Shown piece by piece: positions 26,049-36,070 of a stretch of 56,220 nucleotides of DNA; positions within the stretch are counted from its first letter, which is position 1; each line of letters opens with the position of its first letter. Source of the stretch: a virus. The notes below the pieces were generated by a model. It had not been told where the DNA came from, made no database searches, and saw only the letters and a program-made list of their open reading frames with translations. The position numbers and the translations under genes are program-made. The stretch lies in IMG/VR virus record IMGVR_UViG_3300028422_000156; one strand, written 5' to 3'.

Positions 26049-27038
26049 TTAACCTCTCCCACTGAACAGAGCTTGTCGTTGTTTAACACTCTGTTGGTAC
26101 TCTTGTTTCTGTAGGTTTTCGCTAGTAGTCATTATATCTTTCTGGTTCTGAGCTTCTTGGATATTACCTTGAGAAATTCCGATAGCTTCGTTGATTGCCG
26201 TCTTCTTAGATAAGGCAGTCTGTTGAGCCTCTTGTATCTTAGGTTGTACCTGCTCATAGAAAGATGTCTTAACCTGCTCTCCAACATTACGAGTAGAGTC
26301 GATGAGTTCTGTATCGTACTCGTGGTTGTCTTGGTCATTACGTGTACCAATATACACACCATCATCAAACTCATTCACTGGAAACTCATTCTCATGATAC
26401 TGTGCCATAAGCTCATCTGCTATTTCTCTAGGAACTTTAATAGACATCAGTACGTCAGGGTTACCTCTGGTCCATGTGAATTCCATTGGGTGCGGGTTAG
26501 CACGTCCAGATACTCCCTGCTCTTTTGCATCCCACCTTACAGCATCCTCAGGTATTCCAGCAGCCGCTAGTTTCGCAGGGTCTTGGTCATTAGGGCCTGG
26601 AGTGTAGCTACCACTCTTAGTCCTTGTACCTTTTTCAAAAGTTCCTGTGTAGTATCCCTCAGGTACATCAGCGTAGTATTGCTTAGTGCTAGATCCATTA
26701 GCGATGTTTACTGTAACCCAACCTTTTTGGGCCTCGGCATACAACTCGTCTGCCTTTGAGTTCAAGCTATCAACATACTTATCGATCTCTCCAAGGGCTG
26801 TACGGTTCTGTGAGAGAGCACTTTGATTGGAAGCCATAGTGTTGCCATACTCTTGTAGGAACTGCCCACGAGCACCCATGTACTGACCGTACGCATCATT
26901 AGTCATCTTGAACCCAAGGTCACCACGATACATCGCTTGGTCTACATCTTGGATGTCGATACTACCACCCGTGGACCTACGACTACGGGGGTCAGTAGTA
27001 CCACGGGTTGCTCTCGATAACACTCGTTCTCTAATCAT
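26049..27038 (-). CDS. Hypothetical virion protein
   Basis: 329-aa ORF. Confidence 0.5.
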   Translation of the reverse strand: MIRERVLSRATRGTTDPRSRRSTGGSIDIQDVDQAMYRGDLGFKMTNDAYGQYMGARGQFLQEYGNTMASNQSALSQNRTALGEIDKYVDSLNSKADELYAEAQKGWVTVNIANGSSTKQYYADVPEGYYTGTFEKGTRTKSGSYTPGPNDQDPAKLAAAGIPEDAVRWDAKEQGVSGRANPHPMEFTWTRGNPDVLMSIKVPREIADELMAQYHENEFPVNEFDDGVYIGTRNDQDNHEYDTELIDSTRNVGEQVKTSFYEQVQPKIQEAQQTALSKKTAINEAIGISQGNIQEAQNQKDIMTTSENLQKQEYQQSVKQRQALFSGRG

Positions 27039-27056
27039 ATATACACCTCTTTAGCT

Positions 27057-27920
27057 TTATGCCTGTAGAGCCGAAGTCTCTTTTGTTTCCTGGAGCGTAT
27101 CATAGATACCAGTGGTCTGGGTAGTGTCCGTAGTGACAGCACCAGTCCTACGCTGAGACTCACCGAAGAGTGCCTGACGATCTGCCTTAGTCTGTTGAGT
27201 TGCTGCGTACTGTTCTCGGTTGAAAGCCATAGTAGCATCAAACTCTTTCTGTCGCTGATCAAGTTCAGACATACGGGCATCATAAGTCATCTGCTCAGCA
27301 GCACTAGCTTTCTCCTTATTATACTGGAGTTGCTCCATAGCTTGCTTACCTTTCATATCCTGAAGTTCCAGGAGTTTCTCATACTCAGCATCACTAGCCT
27401 CTTTAGCAGCATCAGCTTGTTCACTTGCCATATCAGCAGCAAGGTATGCACTAACACCTTTACTCAAGGCACCTACACCAACTTGGAGACCTACTGCCTC
27501 TAGTGCACCAGCAGATCCGGCAGCAATTCCGGCAGCACCTTCTGCACCAACTACACCAATACCTGCTTCACTTGCGAGTCCGGCCATAAAAGTATCACCA
27601 GCAGCAGCATAAGCAGTACCACCTTCAAGACCTACAGACAACCCGCTTGTTCCTAGAGAGAGTGATTCAGAACCAGCAGTAACAGTGCTTGAAAGTCCAG
27701 ATGCATAACTTGCTACACCACCAGTAACTGCTCCACCAATAGCCCCAAACAGGAGACCTTTACCAATATCACCATCGGTGACTGCGGCAGTAAGACCACC
27801 GATAACTGCACCAACAATAGCACCACCAATAATAGCTGTGGTAGTGATACTGAGTCCAGTGATTCCGATAGCACCAGCTACCGCACTACCAATACCAGCT
27901 AAAGCTGTTTCGATTCCCAT
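27057..27920 (-). CDS. Internal virion protein-like, with a Gly/Ala-rich membrane-active N-terminus
   Basis: The N-terminal ~170 aa is almost entirely G/A/I/T/S (GIGSAVAGAIGITGLSITTTAIIGGAIVGAVIGG). Confidence 0.5.
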   Translation of the reverse strand: MGIETALAGIGSAVAGAIGITGLSITTTAIIGGAIVGAVIGGLTAAVTDGDIGKGLLFGAIGGAVTGGVASYASGLSSTVTAGSESLSLGTSGLSVGLEGGTAYAAAGDTFMAGLASEAGIGVVGAEGAAGIAAGSAGALEAVGLQVGVGALSKGVSAYLAADMASEQADAAKEASDAEYEKLLELQDMKGKQAMEQLQYNKEKASAAEQMTYDARMSELDQRQKEFDATMAFNREQYAATQQTKADRQALFGESQRRTGAVTTDTTQTTGIYDTLQETKETSALQA

Positions 27921-27922
27921 AA

Positions 27923-28288
27923 TTACCTCCAGAGTATGTATCGATACTTGTCGTCAACTTGTTCCCAATAACCTGACAAAGCAACGAACCGACTTACTCT
28001 CTTATCTCCTTGTGGATCAACGTAGACCTCCTTGTACGGAAGTATTGGTTCCATATCTTTGAGGGCCTGTATCAGAGCTTTACCTCGCATGTGCTTACGA
28101 GCGTATACATGGAGTCTCACCCCATACGAAAGACTCTGAAAGATTACACACAAAGTGCCAGCATGATTAATATAGAAGTCATAGGCAGGATCGGTGATAA
28201 GTCTTGTGATACCAAACAAGTCACACTCTGTATACCTACCTATGAGTTCACATACTTCCCATGCGTTTCTTATGTCTGCTTTTACCAC
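27923..28288 (-). CDS. Hypothetical protein (possible GNAT-like RGKA motif)
   Basis: 121-aa ORF. ARKHMRGKALIQAL weakly resembles acetyltransferase motif A. Confidence 0.4.
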   Translation of the reverse strand: MVKADIRNAWEVCELIGRYTECDLFGITRLITDPAYDFYINHAGTLCVIFQSLSYGVRLHVYARKHMRGKALIQALKDMEPILPYKEVYVDPQGDKRVSRFVALSGYWEQVDDKYRYILWR

Positions 28289-29295
28289 TGGTTAGCTGCA
28301 ATCATACTTGAGATTGCGGTCTGCATATTAGCATCGTACGTACCAGAGGCTTTACTTGCGAACTGGATAGAACTAGATACAGTAGCAAACAAATCATTGA
28401 AGACAGAGTTCATAGCGGCAGCGTTAGGCATAGACTCAAGAAACACTTGATTCCCAAGCAACTGCTGTACAGTAACCTGATAGTTATTCATCATATCCTG
28501 AGCTTGATTCATGATCTGAGTCTGAAGAGCCGCATCGATCTGCTGCTGCTGCAACTGTTTCTGGAGGTTCTGCTCAAGAGTAGTTAGGACCAAAGTAGCA
28601 TCCTGCTGTTGCTTCTGAAGCTGTTGGTTAATAGTACCTTGGAGTTCAGTCAACCTCTCAGATTGTACAGCCCCTTGCCTCTGAATCTCCGCATTGATGT
28701 TACCTTGTTGAAGTGCAGTTGTCAAGTTTGCCTGGAGATTAGCTTGTGCCTGAGCACCTTGAAGCATGGTCTCCCACTGAGCTTGAATCTTAGCCGACTG
28801 TTCAGCTAACTGAGACTTTTGTATATTCAGAGATCCAGCAACCTGCGCCTCGGTCTCGATCTTAGCTTGTTCATAGTTTAGGTCTTGTTCAGACTTCTTG
28901 AAAGCTGCGGCAGTCTGTGCATCCGACTGTGCAATCGGGAGTGCCGACTCTACCAAAGCCTTCTGTGCTGCTCCAATAGCCATACTTGAACTAGACATAC
29001 CAAGAGCCGACGCTTGCTCTGCTGCATTAGCTTTAGTTACCTTATTGAGTTGACTATCGGAACTAAGGATCTTCTCTAGTTGTCCACTCACCGTAGTCTC
29101 AGGAGTCATATACGACTCAGCCGAAGCACCTTGAGGTGCCCCGGCCAATTCTCCAGTAGACGTAAGTGTGTAGGGACTTTCATAAGTTGCGGTAGATGTG
29201 ATAGGCGTAGCTGAGATAGTATTTGCTACATCAGTATACGTCTTCTCTACATCAGGAGTTGCTACAGTATTTGTTACAGTCCCTTCGGTTGCCAT
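28282..29295 (-). CDS. Hypothetical Q/A-rich coiled-coil virion protein
   Basis: 337-aa ORF. Confidence 0.5.
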   Translation of the reverse strand: MATEGTVTNTVATPDVEKTYTDVANTISATPITSTATYESPYTLTSTGELAGAPQGASAESYMTPETTVSGQLEKILSSDSQLNKVTKANAAEQASALGMSSSSMAIGAAQKALVESALPIAQSDAQTAAAFKKSEQDLNYEQAKIETEAQVAGSLNIQKSQLAEQSAKIQAQWETMLQGAQAQANLQANLTTALQQGNINAEIQRQGAVQSERLTELQGTINQQLQKQQQDATLVLTTLEQNLQKQLQQQQIDAALQTQIMNQAQDMMNNYQVTVQQLLGNQVFLESMPNAAAMNSVFNDLFATVSSSIQFASKASGTYDANMQTAISSMIAANQW

Positions 29296-29298
29296 TGA

Positions 29299-29820
29299 TT
29301 ATGCTCCAGTGTACTCAGTACCAATACTCTCAATAGTGATTGAGGTAGCAGATTCAATCTCTTGAGTCTTCTCTTTATACCACCCAAATACATTAGAGAG
29401 ATGCTGGTTCACAGCTATGTTTACTTTATTGAAGAGAGTCGCATCCATCGTTACCCATTGACCCTCAGATGCTTTGAAGTTGTCGACCGAGTAACTTGGG
29501 TTGCTCATGATTGCAAGACCAATTCCGAGATAAGCTACAAGAGCAGCAGTGTCGGTATCAAAAAGAATACCCTCAATCTCAACACCGCCGTCCTTAATCT
29601 TAGCCTTCTCAGACCTAACCTTAGTCTCCTTCTCTTTCTTAAGTCTATCAAACTTCTCTGCCGAAGTCTCGAAAGCCTCGATGATACCACCATCACCTAC
29701 ATACTCTTCCACCTGACTCCACAGATGAACTCCTGGATGGATTCCAAATACTTTGGTTGCACCATCTTCAATGAGATTTACTGAGGTTTCCTCTGCATTT
29801 GCGTATTTATATTTTTTCAT
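29299..29820 (-). CDS. Fibre-associated protein (DUF4376-like, tentative)
   Basis: IEGILFDTDTAALVAYLG motif. Adjacent to the fibre genes. Confidence 0.4.
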   Translation of the reverse strand: MKKYKYANAEETSVNLIEDGATKVFGIHPGVHLWSQVEEYVGDGGIIEAFETSAEKFDRLKKEKETKVRSEKAKIKDGGVEIEGILFDTDTAALVAYLGIGLAIMSNPSYSVDNFKASEGQWVTMDATLFNKVNIAVNQHLSNVFGWYKEKTQEIESATSITIESIGTEYTGA

Positions 29821-29847
29821 TTGTATTCTCCTGTTTGCCTGTGATTA

Positions 29848-30825
29848 TTAGAGTCTTGCGTCGGCTGTTACACTAGCTACGCCATATATAGTTTCTAAAC
29901 CACTTCTTGTCGCTTTAATAGTTAAGTGATTCTCATTGGTTACTGTACTCAATATAACAGAGGTTATAACCCCTCCGGTATCATTAGAGACAGTACATGT
30001 TGGAGATGTACGCATTACTACCGGAAACCACACTGTAATGTTTGAACCTTGTGTTGCATCGTATGCCCTAGAAATCAGTGATACTTTATCTGTTGCGAAA
30101 TAGTATTTCTGACACAGACTAAGCTCCAACCATACAGGTCTGTGTTCAAACTCAGTAGCAACCGAACCTTCCTCAAACTGTACTTGAGCAGTATCAAAGG
30201 TTCCTGACTGTTGGCCGAGGGAATCAGTATATGTGTCGTAATCTGACCCAGCATCAAACCATATACGTGCAGCTAGATAATTACCATCACCTATTGTTTT
30301 TCCAGAAACACTTGGAAGATCGACAGTTACACTATACTTATTCCAAGAGGTTGATAGTTGTACCTTTTGTGATCCTATTCCATATACAGTTGGAGACCCA
30401 CCAGTGCCAAACATTTGAGCAAAATCAATGGCTACACTCTTAACAGCATCAGCTTTTGCGAAAAAGCTAAACGTCATTGTTTTTCCGGCGAGGGCCTTAA
30501 CATCTTCTAGACGTTGTAGTATCAAAATATAGTTAGCAGCACCAGCTACTGACGATACAACTGTTCTTGAGAAGTATGTAGGGTTTCCGGGGACATCTGT
30601 TTGTCCAGGAGTAAACTCTTGTCTGCTATGCACAACAGTAGATCCGATAACACCCTTATACCACATAGTAGACGAACCGTAGCCATTGACAGACTGTGAT
30701 GTTCCTTCAAACCAGAAGTTAAAATCTCCATCAATAATCTTATTCCTGAACCCTGTGAGTGCAGGAGCTACTTGCTTTCTATTATCGGGGAATACAATAC
30801 CATCCCCTTCGTATGCCATTGTCAT
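29848..30825 (-). CDS. Tail fibre / receptor-binding-like protein (intact paralogue of the split gene at 31065..31993)
   Basis: FRNKIIDGDF, LEDVKALAGKTMTFSFFAKA and VQFEEGSVATEFEHRP are all shared with the split gene. Confidence 0.55.
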   Translation of the reverse strand: MTMAYEGDGIVFPDNRKQVAPALTGFRNKIIDGDFNFWFEGTSQSVNGYGSSTMWYKGVIGSTVVHSRQEFTPGQTDVPGNPTYFSRTVVSSVAGAANYILILQRLEDVKALAGKTMTFSFFAKADAVKSVAIDFAQMFGTGGSPTVYGIGSQKVQLSTSWNKYSVTVDLPSVSGKTIGDGNYLAARIWFDAGSDYDTYTDSLGQQSGTFDTAQVQFEEGSVATEFEHRPVWLELSLCQKYYFATDKVSLISRAYDATQGSNITVWFPVVMRTSPTCTVSNDTGGVITSVILSTVTNENHLTIKATRSGLETIYGVASVTADARL

Positions 30826-30836
30826 ATTATATCTCC

Positions 30837-31055
30837 TTATGCCACGATAGCTAACTTTACGGTGTTCCCATTAGAGTCCACAACTGTAAGGTATCCTGTT
30901 ATAGCGACATCTCCTGTTGCAACAGTAACTCCAGTAATAAGAAGAGTACCAGAGGCATCTGGCAGATTAAAGGTTCTATCAGTATCCGTATTAGGGGTCT
31001 CGATAGTCAAAACCCCTGAACCACTATCATGCGGTTTAATTGCAATTTTACTCAT
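30837..31055 (-). CDS. Small fibre-associated protein
   Basis: 72-aa ORF with SD AAGGAGAA upstream. Confidence 0.45.
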   Translation of the reverse strand: MSKIAIKPHDSGSGVLTIETPNTDTDRTFNLPDASGTLLITGVTVATGDVAITGYLTVVDSNGNTVKLAIVA

Positions 31056-31064
31056 TTGTTCTCC

Positions 31065-31993
31065 TTAAAATTCTGCATCCAGATAAAGTATTGATCTGTA
31101 CTCCCCAACTCCAGTTGCGATAGCTTGTCTAAATTCATATAGAACTGCTCCTGTTACTACAGCAAAAGAACCTAATACGTTGTTGAATTGTTGGGCTGAG
31201 ACACTACTACCAGTTATTACAGGAGTAGTTCTCATATTATTAGTGAGATAAACCCCTGCTCTATAACCACCGTTTAGTGTAACATCACCTGCAAAAACTG
31301 AATATGCCACTTGATAGAATCGAGTACACAACATAACCTCTATTGTATACTCTCTATCTTCAAAAGGAGTTGCTTCAGAACCACTTTCCAATTGGATTTC
31401 GGTTATATGAAAAGAAAAGTTCGTATTGTCTTTTCTTAATAAAAGTAATAAATGGTTGTTAGTACCTACCAATTTGCCATCAATAGATGGGAGCGTAAAT
31501 GTTTTATAATACTTAGTCCAATTACTATCTATAGCCGTTACACTTCCAATCTCTGTAACTACTGTATCACTACCTCCAGTACCATACACTTGTCGAATAG
31601 AGAGTTCTAATGACTCTCCAGCAGACGCTTTATACCAAAATGATAATGTAACCTCTTTACCATTGAGGGTTCTAACATCTTCTATGGGTTGCATAATTAG
31701 GTTAGAACCGGAAGTAGTCCCAGAAAAATTACACCAGTAATAGAGTTAAATGGCATCGAAGTAGTGTATACTTCTCTCTCAACATTTCCTGTAGTATTGG
31801 CTTTCCACCTATCAAGAGTAAATACCTCATTAGGAGCAGTAAAAGATACGCCTCTCTGTCCTACCCTGAAGTTTCCATTGATAATCTTGTTTCTAAACCC
31901 AAGACTCCCAATATCCTGAACAACCTCAGACTGAGGCACAGTATCGGGGACAACTTTGTTGATACCAGTAGTACCATTAATTGTTACACTCAT
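31065..31993 (-). pseudogene. Fibre paralogue split into 98-aa and 209-aa ORFs by a -1 frame change at a T5 run (pseudogene, programmed slip, or assembly error)
   Basis: The two ORFs together align colinearly with the 325-aa protein. Homology continues in the -1 frame (YYWCNFSGTTSGSNLIMQPIEDV) across the A5 run at 31724-31728 (+ strand). Confidence 0.6.
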
Positions 31994-32002
31994 TTGTTCT
32001 CC

Positions 32003-33037
32003 TTACAGGATTACCCAACGAGATCCGTCAGGCACCGTGACAGTAACACCGTCATTGATTGTGATAGGACCAACAGAGCTTGCAGACTTACCAGAGGTAA
32101 TGGTGTAGTCAGCAGTCACGATCATATCATTCTCTACGAATACCTTGTCGGAGCCACCACCAGTAGCACCACCACCAAGAGATCCCCATGCAGACCCATC
32201 GTACCCCTCAAATCCATTTAGATCTGTATTATACCTGATGTAGTAATAAGAGTCTGTAGGACGTTCAGCAGTCGTACCACCAGGGGAGATGATAGCTCCA
32301 GTGTCAAGGAGAGTCTTATCAGCCTTAAGGTCAGCGACCCCATAGAAATCATCACGGTATCCTTCAGACTTCTTAGCCCAATGGTAGGAGCTATACTCAC
32401 CACCAGATACCACAACATCTTCAAGCTCATCAGCCCACTTGTAGGCCATAAGCTCACTAGCGGCTGCATTAGTCTCCGAGGTAGCAGCATTAGTTTCACT
32501 GAGGGCAGCAGCATTCTCAGAAGCTAGAGCATTCGTCTCAGACAGTGCAGCAGCATTCTCAGAAGCCAAGGCAGCAGCCTCAGAAGCAGCAGCATTAGTT
32601 TCCGATATGAGAGCAGCAGCCTCACTGGCAGCAGCATTCGTCTCAGACACTAGAGCAGCAGCAGCACTAACAGCGGCTTTCTCAGAACCAACCTTAGCAG
32701 ACTGAGCTACCACAGTGGTGCCATCAGCCAAATGAATGACAGCACCTTCTGCGTTATTAGTCCACTCCTTTGCTTCCAAGGCATAAGCGTACGAGCTATA
32801 CTTACCAGGATACAAAGCATCCGGAAGAACACCTTGGTTATTCGTTGCCCACTTCTGAGCCTTACTGATTACTGTCGATACTGTAATCTCGATAGAGTCT
32901 AAGTCGTCAGCTACCTGCTCGAACGAACTATCGACTGCATAGTTAATCTTATTTAGATCATCTGCATAGGCAGTATCACCATCATTTACAATCTTGTTAG
33001 ATGGGGAGTAATACTTATCAGTACCTCCATGTGCCAT
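32003..33037 (-). CDS. Tail fibre protein with Ala/Ser/Glu/Asn repeats
   Basis: AAALVSETNAAASEAAALISETNAAASEAAALASENAAALSETNALASENAAALSETNAATSETNAAASE repeat block, typical of fibre shafts. Confidence 0.6.
   Translation of the reverse strand: MAHGGTDKYYSPSNKIVNDGDTAYADDLNKINYAVDSSFEQVADDLDSIEITVSTVISKAQKWATNNQGVLPDALYPGKYSSYAYALEAKEWTNNAEGAVIHLADGTTVVAQSAKVGSEKAAVSAAAALVSETNAAASEAAALISETNAAASEAAALASENAAALSETNALASENAAALSETNAATSETNAAASELMAYKWADELEDVVVSGGEYSSYHWAKKSEGYRDDFYGVADLKADKTLLDTGAIISPGGTTAERPTDSYYYIRYNTDLNGFEGYDGSAWGSLGGGATGGGSDKVFVENDMIVTADYTITSGKSASSVGPITINDGVTVTVPDGSRWVIL
32461..32680. repeat. Degenerate tandem DNA repeats encoding the SETNAAA/SENAAAL fibre repeat
   Basis: Repeated gcagcattagtytcwga-type units are visible on the + strand. 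Confidence 0.7.
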
Positions 33038-33057
33038 AACTTCCCTCCACCAGACAC

Positions 33058-35343
33058 TTACATTACCCTGCCTGTCAGCGAATACTCGACTACGACTGCA
33101 TTCAAGATATGTGGTCCTCGATATTTATCTACTGTTGCTAGTGTCATACTCATGTTCTTTCCGTAACCACTGACGTACATTGCTGGGTTCTGTACGATAG
33201 CAGACCCGTAATTAAAGAAGCCCCAAGTATCTATACCCCAGATACCACCAGAGCTTGTAGCTGTAAGATCCTCACGAACCGTACGTGGAGTACCTGGATC
33301 TCCGTAGTCAAAAGAGAGGTTACCATAGATCACCAAATCTCTGTCGGCCTTAAGCTCTAAAGAGATCTTTCGGAACCTTTTACGGACTGTGGGAGAACTG
33401 TAAGAATTATAAGAGGTAGTCAGTTTAGTGTTTATATCTCCACCGTTAAAGGATGTACCAGAGTCCATCATATAGACGTAACCTGTAGTAGATCCAAAGG
33501 CCAAGATGAGATTACCATTACTGTCGTTACCCTCAGTTACATTCATAACAGGAGCAGGGTATTGTGTCCTTGTGACACCTTTGACTTTCTTCTCGGAGTC
33601 GTAGGTGAACAGCAACCCAAGCCCATTATTAAAGTACATCCGATACTGGTTATTACTTCGATGAACAACTGTACAGGTCATGTAGTCTCTGTTCTCCAAG
33701 AGTGTCCGTTGTACGTTCTTGCTCATAAACGATACTGAGAAGGAACCATAGGCATCCGTAGCTTCCAAGCTTGTGATACCTCGATCACCCATAGAGATAA
33801 CTGTACCAAGCATACGCTGAGCAGAGTTAGACATTGCACCCGACTGCTTGCTAAAGGTTTCTTTGTAGAATTTATACTGAGCCGTTACTGTTCCAGATGC
33901 ACCTGAGTTATCTGACAAGGACTTGATGAAAAATGTCGAAGTTCGACAAAAGACTACCAAGGTATCACCAGGAGCTACAACCAGATCCATGATCTCATCT
34001 TCCATGTAGATCTCACCAGCACCGCTGATAGGGTCGAAGTTGAGCGGGTCGTCCACAGCACTAAACACAAGCCTACCATCCGGATACGCTAGGAACAATC
34101 GGCTCTTAAACTCAACCAAGTTGTTTGCGTAGAAGTTTGTATCACTATCGTCTGGTAAGAACTCGCTAGTTATGTCAGTGATTGTATCGTCATCAAGCCA
34201 TTGAGGAAAGTCTACACCACTTGTCCAGAATAAAATCTTCTCTCGTTGATGACTCATCAGAGCAGGGTATTGACCAATACTCCAACGGTAAGTTCCTTGT
34301 GGATTAATACTCCCATTCATTGTTGCCCATCCAGAGCTTGTGGTACGATAAAGTCCTGAGCTTAGCAGGTCAAGATTATCTCTAACAGCAAACACATCTC
34401 CGTCATAGATCTTAACTCCAAGCACAGTTCCGGACCCAGGAACCGGTTGAATCTCATTACGTCTTACTTCACGATTAGTGTCATTGATCTGATACGAGTA
34501 GAAACTAGAGCTTGAGTAGGGAATCTGCGGATAATCAAAATCAAGATAGTGTCGGTAGGTTCCTTTAGAGAATCTAAACTCTTCAAGGTTACCAATGAAA
34601 CCGTCACCAATCACAAGATCACCAGACCCTACAGGAACACTAGCTAAAGTTACCATATTAGCATCTTCAAGAGTTCCATCAAGGAAGATGTAGAAATCAC
34701 CAGAGTTCCTTCGTACCACTTCGATATGATAGGTTCGTCCTTCTACCAACGTACTCTCGTGGACTAGATTGGTATCGTAGGAGATACCGTCCGAACTCAA
34801 CTGAAACACAAAGTTGCCACCAATAATAGCCAGCCGATAACTTGTAGCCCTTTCATAGATGATAGTATCAGCAAGGGTATTAGGTCTTACCGTCACATCA
34901 ATAGCACAATCTGTTGATTCAATATCCAGGTCTGAGCCAGTTGGAGTTACAGAGATATTCGATAACCCATCAAACAAGAAACTCTTGTCGAAGTATCTGA
35001 AGAATGTAGAGTCATACTGGACACCATTATCTGCGATAGTTACATCAGCAGTCCCAAGATTCGTAAGAGCATTTACTTCAAGTAGGAACTTTACAAACCC
35101 ATCAAGTCCATTATCGGGAAGGTAATCAACAGCTACTTGACTTGCTAATTGAGTACCATCTGTTACCTCATACCCAGGAATACTGGTGTAACCGTGGTAC
35201 ACACCATCAATCTCTTGATAGTTGATGCAGTCAATAAGCTCACCACCTTTTAACTCTACCTGAGCAACATCCTCTTTCAGACCACCAGTAAAAATATGGA
35301 TCTGTGCCTTGGTAGTAGGCATTCGTGTACGTTTGGTTCTCAT
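33058..35343 (-). CDS. Tail tubular protein B-like / nozzle protein with a LamG-like insert (tentative)
   Basis: 761 aa, in the gp12 position of the T7 gene order. GRTYHIEVVRRNSGDFYIFLDG resembles a concanavalin/LamG fold. Confidence 0.45.
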   Translation of the reverse strand: MRTKRTRMPTTKAQIHIFTGGLKEDVAQVELKGGELIDCINYQEIDGVYHGYTSIPGYEVTDGTQLASQVAVDYLPDNGLDGFVKFLLEVNALTNLGTADVTIADNGVQYDSTFFRYFDKSFLFDGLSNISVTPTGSDLDIESTDCAIDVTVRPNTLADTIIYERATSYRLAIIGGNFVFQLSSDGISYDTNLVHESTLVEGRTYHIEVVRRNSGDFYIFLDGTLEDANMVTLASVPVGSGDLVIGDGFIGNLEEFRFSKGTYRHYLDFDYPQIPYSSSSFYSYQINDTNREVRRNEIQPVPGSGTVLGVKIYDGDVFAVRDNLDLLSSGLYRTTSSGWATMNGSINPQGTYRWSIGQYPALMSHQREKILFWTSGVDFPQWLDDDTITDITSEFLPDDSDTNFYANNLVEFKSRLFLAYPDGRLVFSAVDDPLNFDPISGAGEIYMEDEIMDLVVAPGDTLVVFCRTSTFFIKSLSDNSGASGTVTAQYKFYKETFSKQSGAMSNSAQRMLGTVISMGDRGITSLEATDAYGSFSVSFMSKNVQRTLLENRDYMTCTVVHRSNNQYRMYFNNGLGLLFTYDSEKKVKGVTRTQYPAPVMNVTEGNDSNGNLILAFGSTTGYVYMMDSGTSFNGGDINTKLTTSYNSYSSPTVRKRFRKISLELKADRDLVIYGNLSFDYGDPGTPRTVREDLTATSSGGIWGIDTWGFFNYGSAIVQNPAMYVSGYGKNMSMTLATVDKYRGPHILNAVVVEYSLTGRVM
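33934..33948 (+). repeat. 15-bp palindrome family copy 14 (TGTCGAAGTTCGACA)
   Basis: Exact match with flanks A..A, so it is oriented against the host gene. Read as C-R-T-S-T on the - strand. Confidence 0.9.
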
Positions 35344-35359
35344 AAGTTATTCTCCGAAT

Positions 35360-35374
35360 TGTCGATGTTCGACA
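35360..35374. repeat. 15-bp palindrome family copy 15 (TGTCGATGTTCGACA)
   Basis: Exact match in the 35-nt gap upstream of the 761-aa gene (SD GGAGAA follows on the - strand). Confidence 0.9.
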
Positions 35375-35378
35375 AAAA

Positions 35379-35996
35379 CTAAGCCATAGGAGTTAGGTTC
35401 ACAAAAGAAGCAGGGCATTCGGAACGTAGCAACTGTCCCATAAGTATATCAGTCTGAAGCTGATTACGGTCCTCTATCTCAACATTACCTAGCCATGAAC
35501 CAAAAGCAGCAGAAGCTTTATAGGCAATCAAGGAGTGGAACCGTTCAGGGATAATAGACACATCAGCATTCTGAGAGATGTCCACAGGGTTACGGATGTA
35601 TCTTGCAGTTAGGGTGTAGGTAGCATCAAACTGATTGGTGATAACCTCATTAGTCTCAGGAACGATAGTGAATCTTGTAGGTACTCCAGGTACATCCCAA
35701 TTGTCTTCCTCCAAATACTCATCGTATGGTACGTATACAAGTGACTTCTTGCTGTAAAAGATCTTTACCCATTTGGCAACTTCAGTATTCGTGATGGAGT
35801 CAGTGCCGTCTGTAGCTACCACATACGTAGCATTCATAAACTTCCAGTTATCACGCATCAACTGGATCTGAATGTTTGCCTGACGTACGAAATTATACAG
35901 ATCCATCTGAACATCCTTCAAACTAGCAACCGTATCGATTGTATCCTGAAGGCCACAGAAGGTATTCGCCAGTTTCATTATATCAAGTAGATTCAT
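35379..35996 (-). CDS. Tail tubular protein A-like / adaptor (tentative)
   Basis: 205 aa, immediately after the capsid gene, as gp11 is in T7. Confidence 0.4.
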   Translation of the reverse strand: MNLLDIMKLANTFCGLQDTIDTVASLKDVQMDLYNFVRQANIQIQLMRDNWKFMNATYVVATDGTDSITNTEVAKWVKIFYSKKSLVYVPYDEYLEEDNWDVPGVPTRFTIVPETNEVITNQFDATYTLTARYIRNPVDISQNADVSIIPERFHSLIAYKASAAFGSWLGNVEIEDRNQLQTDILMGQLLRSECPASFVNLTPMA

Positions 35997-36012
35997 GCAT
36001 CTCCACTATATA

Positions 36013-36047
36013 CAAGAAAACCCCCGCAGCTTGTGACTACGAGGGTT
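36013..36047 (-). terminator. Intrinsic terminator downstream of the major capsid gene
   Basis: On the - strand RNA: a 9-bp stem CCCUCGUAG / CUGCGGGGG, loop UCACAAG, then UUUUCUU. Confidence 0.7.
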
Positions 36048-36070
36048 TCTCACTACGGATTACTTATGGA

